Below, one piece after another: positions 36,629 through 45,533 of a stretch of DNA of 64,000 nucleotides. Origin of the DNA: an uncultured Candidatus Rokubacteria bacterium. Lineage in GTDB: Bacteria; Methylomirabilota; Methylomirabilia; Rokubacteriales; DASRDR01. The stretch is taken from NCBI GenBank assembly GCA_963826115.1, contig CAWGVS010000011.1, positions 32,001-96,000 of the forward strand, given 5' to 3'. The notes beneath the pieces were generated by a model. That model did no database searches. It worked only from the letters and a program-made list of their open reading frames with translations, and was not told the origin of the DNA. Every line of letters starts with the position of its first letter. Position 1 is the first letter of the stretch. The position numbers and the translations under genes are program-made.

Positions 36629-37291
36629 GTGGAGCCCAGTCCCCCGGCGAGGTCCACCGTGCTCATCGCCGAGGACGAGCCGACCTCGCGGCGCCTGCTC
36701 GAGGCCACGCTTCGCCGCTGGGGTCACGACGTCCTCGTCACCACCGACGGCGACGAGGCCTGGGCGGCGCTCCAGCGCCCCGAGGCGCCGCTCGTCGCCA
36801 TCCTGGACTGGATGATGCCCGGCGTGGCCGGCGTGGAGATCTGCCGGAAGGTCCGGGCCCAGGAGAGCCCGACGCCGCCCTACCTGATCCTCCTCACCGC
36901 GAACGCGGAGCGGGCCAACGTCGTCGAGGGCCTCCAGGCGGGCGCCGACGACTTCGTGGGGAAGCCGTTCGACCCCGAGGAGCTCCGGGCCCGGCTGATC
37001 GTCGCGATGCGCGTCGTCGAGCTGCGCCGCCGGCTTGCGGACCGTGTGCGGGAGCTGGAGGCCGCCATCGCGCGCGTCACCCAGCTCCACGGCCTGCTGC
37101 CGATCTGCGCGTACTGCAAGAACATCCGGAACGACCAGAACTACTGGCAGCGGGTGGAGGAGTACGTGAGCGCTCACGCGGACGTCCGGTTCAGCCACGG
37201 GATCTGCCCGCCGTGCTACGAGCGGATACTGGCGCCGCAGCTCCGCGCCCGGCGCGAGGCGCGCGGCGAGCCGCCGAGGCGTGACCCGTGA
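36629..37291 (+). CDS. Response regulator with C-terminal Cys-rich (CxxCK...SHGICPxC) domain
   Basis: AEDE, LDWMMP, KPF receiver motifs; LPICAYCKNIR. Confidence 0.9.
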   Translation: MEPSPPARSTVLIAEDEPTSRRLLEATLRRWGHDVLVTTDGDEAWAALQRPEAPLVAILDWMMPGVAGVEICRKVRAQESPTPPYLILLTANAERANVVEGLQAGADDFVGKPFDPEELRARLIVAMRVVELRRRLADRVRELEAAIARVTQLHGLLPICAYCKNIRNDQNYWQRVEEYVSAHADVRFSHGICPPCYERILAPQLRARREARGEPPRRDP

Positions 37292-38100
37292 CCGGCTTCG
37301 CCGGGAAGGTGGCCGTGGTGACCGGCGGCGGCAGCGGCATCGGGCGCGCCCTGTCCGTCTCGCTGGCTCGCGAGGGGGCCCACGTCGTGGTGGCCGATGT
37401 CGCCGAGGCCGACGCGGAAGAGACCGTGCGGCTGGCGAGCGCCGCCGGCGGCGAGGCCGTGGCCGTCCGGACCGACGTGGCCGACCGACAGCAGGTGGAG
37501 GCGCTGGCGGACCGCGTGTTCGACCGCTTCGGGGCGACCCACCTCCTGTTCAACAACGCCGGCGTGGTCGTCCACGGCGGCCTCGAGTCCGCGACGTGGC
37601 AGGACTGGCAGTGGGTCGTGGGGGTGAACCTCTGGGGCGTGATCCACGGTGTCCTGGCGTTCGTGCCGCGCATGATCGCGGGCGGCCAGGGCGGCCACGT
37701 CGTGAACACCGCGTCCATGGCGGGGCTCATCGCGTCGCAGGGACTCGGGGTCTACAACACCACGAAGTACGCGGTGGTCGGGCTCTCCGAGACGCTCGCG
37801 AAGGACCTCCGCCCGCACGGGATCGGCGTCACGGTCGTGTGCCCGATGGGCGTCGCGACGCGGATCCGCCAGGCGGGACGGAACCGGCCCGCCGCGCTGC
37901 GGAACGCCGAGTCGGCCGCCGAGGGCGCCGAGATGACCCTGATCGGGCGCACGCTGGACGCCGACGACGTCGCGCGCCAGACGCTCGCAGCGATCCGGAC
38001 CGGCTCGCTCTACGTCATCACGCACGATGAGGCCCTCGAGCCGCTGCGCCGTCGCTTCCAGCGGCTGGAGGCCGCGATCCGGAGGCGCCCGCAAGTTTGA
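37288..38100 (+). CDS. SDR oxidoreductase
   Basis: TGGGSGIG, NNAG, YNTTK. Confidence 0.92.
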   Translation: MTGFAGKVAVVTGGGSGIGRALSVSLAREGAHVVVADVAEADAEETVRLASAAGGEAVAVRTDVADRQQVEALADRVFDRFGATHLLFNNAGVVVHGGLESATWQDWQWVVGVNLWGVIHGVLAFVPRMIAGGQGGHVVNTASMAGLIASQGLGVYNTTKYAVVGLSETLAKDLRPHGIGVTVVCPMGVATRIRQAGRNRPAALRNAESAAEGAEMTLIGRTLDADDVARQTLAAIRTGSLYVITHDEALEPLRRRFQRLEAAIRRRPQV

Positions 38101-38125
38101 CACCGGCGCGAGCGACGGCTATTCT
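38097..38125 (+). promoter_or_regulatory. Sigma70 promoter TTGACA-N17-TATTCT
   Basis: TTGACA at 38097-38102 and TATTCT at 38120-38125, upstream of GGAG RBS and ATG 38141. Confidence 0.75.
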
Positions 38126-38140
38126 GAGCGCGGAGTATTG

Positions 38141-38464
38141 ATGGACGAGCGAGACGTCGTGCGCGATCTGGTGGCGAAGTTGATCGAGGCCGTCGAAGCG
38201 TCGCTCGACGCCTCCCCGGCGGTGCGCGAGGCGCTCGACGAGCTGGTCAAGAACGGATTCGAGCCGCGGCTCATGCTCCTCGCGGACGCCGCCGCGCGCT
38301 CCGCCGACGCGAGCGAGCCCGCCGCCGATGCCTCCGAGGCCGCGGACGACGATCACGATGCCGACGAGGACGAGCTCGACGAGGTGCGCGACTTGCAGTA
38401 CGAGCTGACCAAGCTCGACCGCGACTTCCTGCGCACGGTCCGCATCCAGCCGGAAAGCGGTTAG
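38141..38464 (+). CDS. Small acidic hypothetical protein
   Basis: Own promoter and RBS; ends LTKLDRDFLRTVRI. Confidence 0.75.
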   Translation: MDERDVVRDLVAKLIEAVEASLDASPAVREALDELVKNGFEPRLMLLADAAARSADASEPAADASEAADDDHDADEDELDEVRDLQYELTKLDRDFLRTVRIQPESG

Positions 38465-38499
38465 CCAGCGGGCTCCGCCCGCCGCCCCCCGGGAATCGC

Positions 38500-38760
38500 G
38501 TGGTCCGCTTCCTCGCGCTCGCGATCGTCGCTTTCCTCCTCTTCCTGATCATCCGGGCGAGCGTCCGCGCATTCCTGGCGGGCCTCGGCGTCGGCGCCCG
38601 CCCGGCGACGCCGCAGCGCGCCCGCCGCGACGAGCTCGTCAAGGACCCGGTCTGCGAGACCTACATCCCGCGCCAGAAGGCGATCAGCCGGGGGAGCGGG
38701 GCGGACACCCGGTACTTCTGCAGCGCCGCCTGCGCGGACAAGTTCACCGCGCGCTCGTGA
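38500..38760 (+). CDS. YHS/TRASH-domain membrane-anchored protein
   Basis: N-terminal TM; DPVCETY...YFCSAAC. Confidence 0.85.
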   Translation: MVRFLALAIVAFLLFLIIRASVRAFLAGLGVGARPATPQRARRDELVKDPVCETYIPRQKAISRGSGADTRYFCSAACADKFTARS

Positions 38761-39626
38761 GCCCCTCGACGGAGGGTGCGCGTTCCGGCCCGCCGGCGTT
38801 CGAGCGGCGTGGCTCCGCCGCCGATCCCTACCGCGCCGTCGACCGCCAGGCGGATCCCCGGCGGTTCGCCAGGATCCTCGAGACCCGCGGCGCCCAGCCG
38901 CACCAGGCCCGCCTCCGCCGCGGCTTCCTGTCGCTGGCCGGCGTCGGAGCGGGGATGCGGGTGCTCGACGTCGGCTGCGGCACCGGGGTCGTGACGCGAG
39001 ACGTGGCGGCGCGCGTGGGACCGCGGGGCGTCGTCGTCGGGATCGATCCGAGCCGCGCCCTCCTTGCGGTGGCGCGACGCCGGGTCGGCGCCGCCGGCCC
39101 CGCGGCCCGGGCGACCTTCCGCCAGGCCGATGGCCTGGCGCTGCCCTTCGCCCCGGCGTCGTTCGACGTCACCCTGGCGGTCACGGTGCTCCTCCACGTG
39201 CCGGCCGGCGACCGGATCCTCGGCGAGATGATCCGCGTGACGCGCCCGGGCGGCCGCGTGGCCGTCCTCGACCAGGACTTCGGCACGCTGGTCCTGGACG
39301 CGCCCGACCGCGCGCTGACACGGCGGATCGTGGACGGGCACGCCGAGCGCTTCTACGCCGAGCCGTGGAGCGGCCGGACACTTCTGCGCCGCCTCCGCCG
39401 CGCGGGGCTCGTCCGCGTGCGGAGCCGGGTCTTCGTCGTCGTGGATCCGGTCTACGACGACTACGTCCGTTCGATGCTCGAGCGGCGCGTGGATCTCGCC
39501 ACCCGCTGGCGCCTGGTGACGCCCGGGGAGGGACGCCGCTGGCTCGGGACCCTCGAGGCGGCCGCGGCCCGCGGCGAGTTCTTCATGAGCCTCAACTACG
39601 TCGGCGTCGTCGGGGTGAGGCCGTAA
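38757..39626 (+). CDS. Class I SAM-dependent methyltransferase (UbiE-like)
   Basis: VLDVGCGTG, LPFAPASFD, RVTRPGG. Confidence 0.9.
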   Translation: MSPSTEGARSGPPAFERRGSAADPYRAVDRQADPRRFARILETRGAQPHQARLRRGFLSLAGVGAGMRVLDVGCGTGVVTRDVAARVGPRGVVVGIDPSRALLAVARRRVGAAGPAARATFRQADGLALPFAPASFDVTLAVTVLLHVPAGDRILGEMIRVTRPGGRVAVLDQDFGTLVLDAPDRALTRRIVDGHAERFYAEPWSGRTLLRRLRRAGLVRVRSRVFVVVDPVYDDYVRSMLERRVDLATRWRLVTPGEGRRWLGTLEAAAARGEFFMSLNYVGVVGVRP

Positions 39627-40582
39627 GCGCGGCGTCGCCGCTCGGGCGCCGGGCGGTCCTCGAGGGGGCGCTTCTCGCCGCGCTCGTGGGGCTCCCGCGC
39701 GCCCGCGCGGACGCCGCGACGCCCGGGGCCTTCGACGGCGTCCGGGCCCTCCGCGACGTGGAGCGGGTCGTCGCCCTCGGTCCGCGCCCGGCGGGGTCGA
39801 CCGCCTCGGCCCGGACCCGGGGCTACCTCGCGACCGAGCTCCGGGCGGTCGGCTGGCGCGTCCGAGAGCTCTCCTTCACGGCGCGCACCCCGCGCGGTCC
39901 GGTGGCGATGACCAATGTCATCGCGGAGTGGCCGGGGCGGGGGAACGACATCATCGCGGTCGGCGGCCACTACGATACGAAGGTCTTCGACAAGCTCCGG
40001 TTCGTGGGCGCGAACGACGGAGGCTCCTCGACCGCGCTCCTGATCGAGCTGGGCCGCGCGCTCGCCCCGCGTTTCCGCGCCGAGCCGCCGGCGCTCACGC
40101 GGTGGCTGGTCTTCTTCGACGGCGAGGAGGCGCTGGTCGAGTGGTCGGCGACCGACAGCCTGTACGGGAGCCGCGCGCTGGTGGCGGCGCTCCGGGCGTC
40201 GGGCGAGCTCGGCCGCCTCCGCGCCCTCGTGGTGGCCGACATGGTCGGGGACCGCGACCTCGTGATCCCGCGCGACGCGCAGTCCACGCCGTGGCTCGCC
40301 GGGATTCTGTGGGCGACGGCGCGGCGACTCGGCTTCGAGCGGCACTTCCCGGACCGGCCCCAGACGGTGGAGGACGACCACCAGCCGTTCCTGGACGCCG
40401 GGGTGGCGGCCGCGCTCCTGATCGATCTCGACTACGGCGGGCTGCCCGGGACGAACGCCTACTGGCACACCGCGGAGGACACGCTGGACAAGCTCTCCGC
40501 GGAGAGCCTCGGTGTGGCCGGGACGGTGATTCTCGAGTCCTTGCCCGCGATCGAAGCCGAGCTGGCGCGCCGGGCTCGGTAG
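39623..40582 (+). CDS. M28 family peptidase/glutaminyl cyclase-like protein, possible Tat signal (start codon uncertain)
   Basis: HYDTK, GANDGGSS, FDGEE, DMVGD, DDH.PF, WHT; LGRRAVL leader. The expected start position reads GTA rather than GTG. Confidence 0.85.
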   Translation, partial: VSAASPLGRRAVLEGALLAALVGLPRARADAATPGAFDGVRALRDVERVVALGPRPAGSTASARTRGYLATELRAVGWRVRELSFTARTPRGPVAMTNVIAEWPGRGNDIIAVGGHYDTKVFDKLRFVGANDGGSSTALLIELGRALAPRFRAEPPALTRWLVFFDGEEALVEWSATDSLYGSRALVAALRASGELGRLRALVVADMVGDRDLVIPRDAQSTPWLAGILWATARRLGFERHFPDRPQTVEDDHQPFLDAGVAAALLIDLDYGGLPGTNAYWHTAEDTLDKLSAESLGVAGTVILESLPAIEAELARRAR

Positions 40583-40604
40583 CCGCGCCGCTGCGCGCGG
40601 CCCG

Positions 40605-41375
40605 TCAGAAGGTGTAGGTCTGGTCCTGCTCCAGGACGTGCACCCGATCGCCCAGCCGCTCGAGTTCGTCGGACGTCTCCTCGAAGTGGGCGGGCTTGAT
40701 GTGGTACACCCAGAGCGGCGCGTCGGGCATCTTCTCCATCTCACGCTTGAGGAGATTGGGCGTGAGGTGGCCCGACTTCGTGGCCAGGTCCTCCAGGCGG
40801 TTCGGGAAGGCGGTCTCCACGATGATCGCGTGGATGCCCTTGAACTCCCGCGCGACCTTCCAGATCTCGTCGGTCGGACCGGTGTCACCCGAGAACACGA
40901 GACCTGACGTGCCGTCGTGGATGATGAACCCGGTGGCCGGGACCGAATGCTGGACGGGGACGGGCACGACGGTCAGGGACCCGAACTCGATGGCCTCGCG
41001 CTCGCGCAGCGTCTGGAGGCGCAGCGCCGGGTCCTCCGGGGTCGGGAGCTTCGTGAAGTCGGGCCAGAGTCGATTGTTGAAGCAGTGGGTGCGGAGATCG
41101 TCGACCACGGGGGCGATCGACGCCGCCGTCACCGCGGCGTTGCGGCCGGCGGCCGTCTGGGCGGACTGGATGTTGTCGACGAGGTACGCCAGCCCGACGG
41201 TGTGGTCGAGGTGCGCGTGCGAGATCAGCACGTGCTCGATGCCCGCCTGGGCGCCGAGTGGCAGGGCGCTGGTCACCGAGCCCGCCTCGAGGAGGACGTG
41301 GCCGTTGATCAGGAAGCTGGGCAGGCGCCGCTTCGGCACGCTGCCGCCGTGGCAACCGAGGATCTCGATGAGCAT
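40605..41375 (-). CDS. MBL-fold 3',5'-cyclic nucleotide phosphodiesterase-like protein
   Basis: LGCHGG, SHAHLDH, FNNRLWPDF, SGDTG. Confidence 0.85.
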   Translation of the reverse strand: MLIEILGCHGGSVPKRRLPSFLINGHVLLEAGSVTSALPLGAQAGIEHVLISHAHLDHTVGLAYLVDNIQSAQTAAGRNAAVTAASIAPVVDDLRTHCFNNRLWPDFTKLPTPEDPALRLQTLREREAIEFGSLTVVPVPVQHSVPATGFIIHDGTSGLVFSGDTGPTDEIWKVAREFKGIHAIIVETAFPNRLEDLATKSGHLTPNLLKREMEKMPDAPLWVYHIKPAHFEETSDELERLGDRVHVLEQDQTYTF

Positions 41376-41560
41376 GCGGCTCGCGGTTGTCAGGCCCGCT
41401 CGCCCTGCCGTATAGTGTCCGGTGCCGTGGCCGCCCCCTCGTGGATGACCCGCTGTCCCGCGGGCTGGAAGGTCCTGTCGGTGTCGGGGATATATCCCAC
41501 AGCGCACCGCGGAAAGTCAAGCTTGGCGAGCGCGTTCGTGACGCTCGCATGGAGGGCCGA

Positions 41561-42343
41561 GTGAGCTGGGTCAAGACCAATCACGTGAAGCGCGCCCTGC
41601 GCGAAGGGCGCCCGACGTCGGGCGCGTGGCTCCATCTCTGCAGCGCGATCAGCGCGGAGGTCATGAGCCGCGCTGGCTTCGACTGGCTGCTCATCGACAT
41701 GGAGCACGGGCACGGCGACCTCCAGACCCTGCTCGGTCAGCTGCAGGCCATCGAGGGTAGCGACACGATCCCGGTGGTCCGCGTCCAGTCGAACGACGCG
41801 GCCATCATCAAGCGCGTGCTCGACATGGGCGCCTACGGCGTGATGGTGCCGTGGATCGGCGGGCGCGCCGACGCGGAGGCGGCGGTGCGGGCCGCCAAGT
41901 ACCCGCCCGACGGCATCCGAGGCATCGCCGGCAGCCACCGCGCCGGCGGCTACGGTCGCCACGCGGCGGAGTACTGGAAGCGCGCGAACGAGGAGATCCT
42001 GGTCGTGCTGCAGGTGGAGACGCGCACCGCCGTCGAGGAGATCGACCAGATCGTGCGAGTTCCCGGTGTGGACGTGATCTTCATCGGGCCGGGCGACCTG
42101 TCGACCGCGCTCGGGCACATGGGCAACCCCGGCCACCCCGACGTGCAGGCGGCCTTCGCGCGCGTGGAGAAGGCGACGCGCGCAGCCGGCCTCGCGCTCG
42201 GCAACATCACGCGCGGCTGGGACCAGGTGAAGGAGCTGTACGGAAAGGGGTACCAGTTCCTGACGCTCGGCTCCGACACGTCGCTGGTGGTGTCGGGGAG
42301 CCAGGACCTGGTCGCCCGCTTCCGACAGGACATCCGGCCGTGA
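41561..42343 (+). CDS. HpcH/HpaI aldolase family protein
   Basis: GFDWLLIDMEHG, YPP.G.RG, QVET, FIGPGDLS. Confidence 0.92.
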   Translation: MSWVKTNHVKRALREGRPTSGAWLHLCSAISAEVMSRAGFDWLLIDMEHGHGDLQTLLGQLQAIEGSDTIPVVRVQSNDAAIIKRVLDMGAYGVMVPWIGGRADAEAAVRAAKYPPDGIRGIAGSHRAGGYGRHAAEYWKRANEEILVVLQVETRTAVEEIDQIVRVPGVDVIFIGPGDLSTALGHMGNPGHPDVQAAFARVEKATRAAGLALGNITRGWDQVKELYGKGYQFLTLGSDTSLVVSGSQDLVARFRQDIRP

Positions 42344-42362
42344 CGGGCCGGAAGGTCGCCGG

Positions 42363-42926
42363 GTGAGCGAGCCGCGCACGGGCCGGATCCCGCCGATCGA
42401 CCCAGCGGCCGCGCCTCCGGAGCTACGCGAGCTCTTCGAACGCCAGGAAGCGCAGTGGGGCGCGCCGCTCGGCCCCACGCTGGTCCTGGCGCACTGCCCG
42501 CCGCTGGTGCGGGCCGCCGCGGGGCTATCGGTGGGCCTCGAGAAGTCCGGGCAGCTCCCGGCGGAGCTCCGCGACCTCGTGTGTCTCCGCGTCGCCCAGC
42601 TCATCGGGTGCCCGTTCTGAATGGACATCAACTCATCCCGGGGGATGAGCCACGGCGCCACGATCGAGAAGCTCTCGGCGGTGGATCGGTTCCGCGACAG
42701 CCCGCTCTTCAGCGACGCGGAGCGCGCCGCGCTCGCCTTCGCGGAGGCCGCGACCCGGACGCCGACCGTGGTGACGGACGCGGAGTTCGACCTGGTGCGG
42801 CGGCACTACACGGTCCCACAGATCGTCGAGCTCGCGGCGACGATCGCGATCGAGCACTTCCGGGCGAAGTTCAACACCGCCCTCGGCGTGCAGAGCCAGG
42901 GCCTCTGCTTCCTCCCGCCCCGCTGA
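42363..42926 (+). CDS. AhpD/CMD-family selenoprotein, CxxU motif (Sec at TGA 42618-42620)
   Basis: LRVAQLIGCPF-U-MDIN continues in frame to SPLFSDAERAALAFAEA; SECIS-like hairpin follows. Confidence 0.88.
42632..42649 (+). promoter_or_regulatory. Putative SECIS element (AhpD-like)
   Basis: CTCATCC-CGGG-GGATGAG hairpin 11 nt after the TGA. Confidence 0.78.
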
Positions 42927-42928
42927 CC

Positions 42929-43741
42929 GTGCCTCGTCACGGCCTGTCCGCCCGCCTCGGGGGCCTTCGCGGCTTCGCGTTCGACCTCGACGGCTGCATC
43001 TGGGCGGGCGCGACCTTGCTGCCCGGCGCCCGCGAGCTGGTCGAGGCGCTGCGAGCGGCCCGGCGCGGCGTGGTCTTCGTCACGAACAGCTCGCGGGAGC
43101 GCGCGGGTGGAATCGCGGCGCGCCTCGCGGCGCTCGGCATTCCCGCCAAGGCGGGCGACGTGCTCGCGGCCCTGGACCTCCTCGGGGAAGCGATCCGGCG
43201 CCAGGTTGGCGCGACGGCCGTCCTGGCGCTCGGCACGCGGGAGATGCGAGAGGTCCTCGAGGCCGCCGGCCACACGGTGGTCGACTTCGACGACTGGCGC
43301 CGGGCGAAGGTCGTGGCGGTCGGCAACGACCCCCTGTTCGATTTCGGCCGGCTGCGCGCGGCCTCGCGAGCCGTCGCCGGCGGCGCGACGCTCGTCACCG
43401 TGAACCTCGATCCGCGGTTGCCGGTGGCGCCGGGAGAGTTCGACCCGGGATGCGGCGCGCTCGCGGAGGCGGTGGCGGTGGCCGGCGGCGCCCGACCGGT
43501 GGTGGTCGGCAAGCCGCACGCGCCGATCTTCGAGATGGCCCTCGAGCGCCTCGCGTGCCGGCCCGCGGAGGCGGTGATGGTGGGCGACAGCCTGACGACC
43601 GACATCGCGGGGGGACGGGCTGCCGGCATGGCCACCGTGTGGGTCGACCCCGGCGGAGAGCGTCCGGAGACGGAGGAGGCGGACACCGTCGTCCGGGACC
43701 TCGCCGAGCTGCTGGGTCTCTGGCGCGCCGCCCGCGCCTGA
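42929..43741 (+). CDS. HAD-IIA (NagD-like) phosphatase
   Basis: FDLDG, VTNSS, GKP, VGDSLTTDI. Confidence 0.9.
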   Translation: MPRHGLSARLGGLRGFAFDLDGCIWAGATLLPGARELVEALRAARRGVVFVTNSSRERAGGIAARLAALGIPAKAGDVLAALDLLGEAIRRQVGATAVLALGTREMREVLEAAGHTVVDFDDWRRAKVVAVGNDPLFDFGRLRAASRAVAGGATLVTVNLDPRLPVAPGEFDPGCGALAEAVAVAGGARPVVVGKPHAPIFEMALERLACRPAEAVMVGDSLTTDIAGGRAAGMATVWVDPGGERPETEEADTVVRDLAELLGLWRAARA

Positions 43742-43799
43742 CGGGAGTCTCCGCGGCTCCACGCCGCGTGGGGGTCCCGCGCCCTGCTAAGATCACCGT

Positions 43800-44747
43800 A
43801 TGACTGCCGCCGCACGGCCCGCCTCCGCGAAGGCGCGCGCGGAGCGGGTGGCCATCGCCTCGGCCGCGGCGCTGGCGGTGGGGAAGCTCACGCTCGGCCT
43901 CGTCACCAACTCGATCGGGCTCCTGTCGGCCGCGGCGGACTCTCTCTTCGACGTCGCGATCTCCAGCTTCAACCTTCTGTCGATCCGGATCGCCGAGTCG
44001 CCCGCCGACGAGGGCCACCCCTTCGGCCACGGCAAGGCGGAGAACCTGGCCGGGCTCCTCCAGACGGCGGTCATCGCCCTGGTCGGCGTGGGACTCCTGG
44101 TGGAGGCGGTGCGGCGGCTCTTCCAGGGGACGCGTCCCGAGCACGCGGAGTGGGGCATCGCGGCCATGATCGTGGCCACCGTGGCGAGCTGGCTGATCAC
44201 GCGGCACCTCCGCCGGGTGGGCCGCGAGACCGACTCGCTCGTGCTCATGGCCGACGCCCTCCACTACCAGACCGATGTGTGGACCAACGGCGGCGTGCTG
44301 GTCGGGCTGCTCCTCCTGTGGGCAACGGGCTCCGGCGTCTACGATGCGCTCATCGGCATCGCCGTGGCGGCGGTCATCCTCGGATCGGCGTACCGGCTCC
44401 TCATCCGGTCGGTGAACGACCTGATGGACGCGGCCCTGCCGGAGACCGAGCAGCGGGCGATCGAGGAGGTCATCCATCGGCATCAGTTCGTCGTGGACCA
44501 CCGCAACCTGAGGACCCGCCGATCGGGGTCGCAGCGACACGTCGACTTCACCATCGTGGCCTGCCGGCATCTGCCGCTCGGCGAGACGCACGACCTCGTG
44601 GACCACGTCGAGAAGGAGATCGGCGAGACGATCCCCGGCGCCCACGTCGTCGTGCACGCGGAGCCGACCGACGAGTGCGTCGATCCGAGCCGGTGCGTGC
44701 GCAAGGCGCGGCCCGCGGACCTTCTGGCCCATCACTCGGGGGCCTAG
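43800..44747 (+). CDS. Cation diffusion facilitator transporter (FieF-like)
   Basis: DSLFD, HPFGHGKAE, ADALHYQTD. Confidence 0.92.
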   Translation: MTAAARPASAKARAERVAIASAAALAVGKLTLGLVTNSIGLLSAAADSLFDVAISSFNLLSIRIAESPADEGHPFGHGKAENLAGLLQTAVIALVGVGLLVEAVRRLFQGTRPEHAEWGIAAMIVATVASWLITRHLRRVGRETDSLVLMADALHYQTDVWTNGGVLVGLLLLWATGSGVYDALIGIAVAAVILGSAYRLLIRSVNDLMDAALPETEQRAIEEVIHRHQFVVDHRNLRTRRSGSQRHVDFTIVACRHLPLGETHDLVDHVEKEIGETIPGAHVVVHAEPTDECVDPSRCVRKARPADLLAHHSGA

Positions 44748-44843
44748 GACCGTCGCGCGAAAGCGCCGGCCTGACGCGGGCCGCCGCGGCGCGGAGGCCC
44801 CCGAAGCTTGTGTCGGTCTACCCCCCGTGATACAACCCGAACG

Positions 44844-45521
44844 ATGAGCGCTCCCGACGACGCGGGCTACGATTATCCGAAGATCTCTCGCGCCCTCATC
44901 CTGGGCGATCGCGACACCGTCGGCCAGATGACCCGGGCGGGGCTCGACCGGGGGCTCGATCCGAAACAGATCATCTTCAAGGGCCTGATCCCCGGGATGG
45001 ACGTGGTCGGCGAGAAGTTCCGGCGCAACGAGTACTACGTCCCGCAGGTCCTGCTCTCCGCGCGGGCGATGTACGCGGGCCTCGACCTCCTGAAGCCCCT
45101 CCTGACCGCCGCCTCGACCAACGAGTACCTCGGCACGGTGGTGATCGGCACGGCGCAGGGCGACCTCCACGACATCGGGAAGAACCTGGTCGCGATGATG
45201 CTGGAGGGCGCGGGCTTCAAGGTGGTGAACCTCGGCCGCGACGTCTCGCCGGAGAAGTTCTGCGCGGCCGTCGAGGAGCACGGCGCGACGATCGTCGGCA
45301 TCTCGGCCCTCATGACCACCACCATGCCGGCGATGAAGCGGACGATCGACGCGCTGGTCCGCGCGGGCCTGCGGGACCGGGTGAAGGTCATGGTCGGCGG
45401 CGCGCCGGTCAGCCCGGCCTTCGCCGATGAGATCGGCGCGGACGGCCACGCGCGGGACGCGACGCTCGCCGTCGGGCGGGCGAAGGAGCTGTCCAGTGCG
45501 CCGGTGGCGGCTCCGGGATAG
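44844..45521 (+). CDS. Stand-alone corrinoid (B12-binding) protein, MetH cap and cobalamin domains
   Basis: GMDVVGEKF, GDLHDIGKNLV (DxHxxG), SALMTTT, VGGAP. Confidence 0.92.
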   Translation: MSAPDDAGYDYPKISRALILGDRDTVGQMTRAGLDRGLDPKQIIFKGLIPGMDVVGEKFRRNEYYVPQVLLSARAMYAGLDLLKPLLTAASTNEYLGTVVIGTAQGDLHDIGKNLVAMMLEGAGFKVVNLGRDVSPEKFCAAVEEHGATIVGISALMTTTMPAMKRTIDALVRAGLRDRVKVMVGGAPVSPAFADEIGADGHARDATLAVGRAKELSSAPVAAPG

Positions 45522-45533
45522 GCGGGGGACGCG

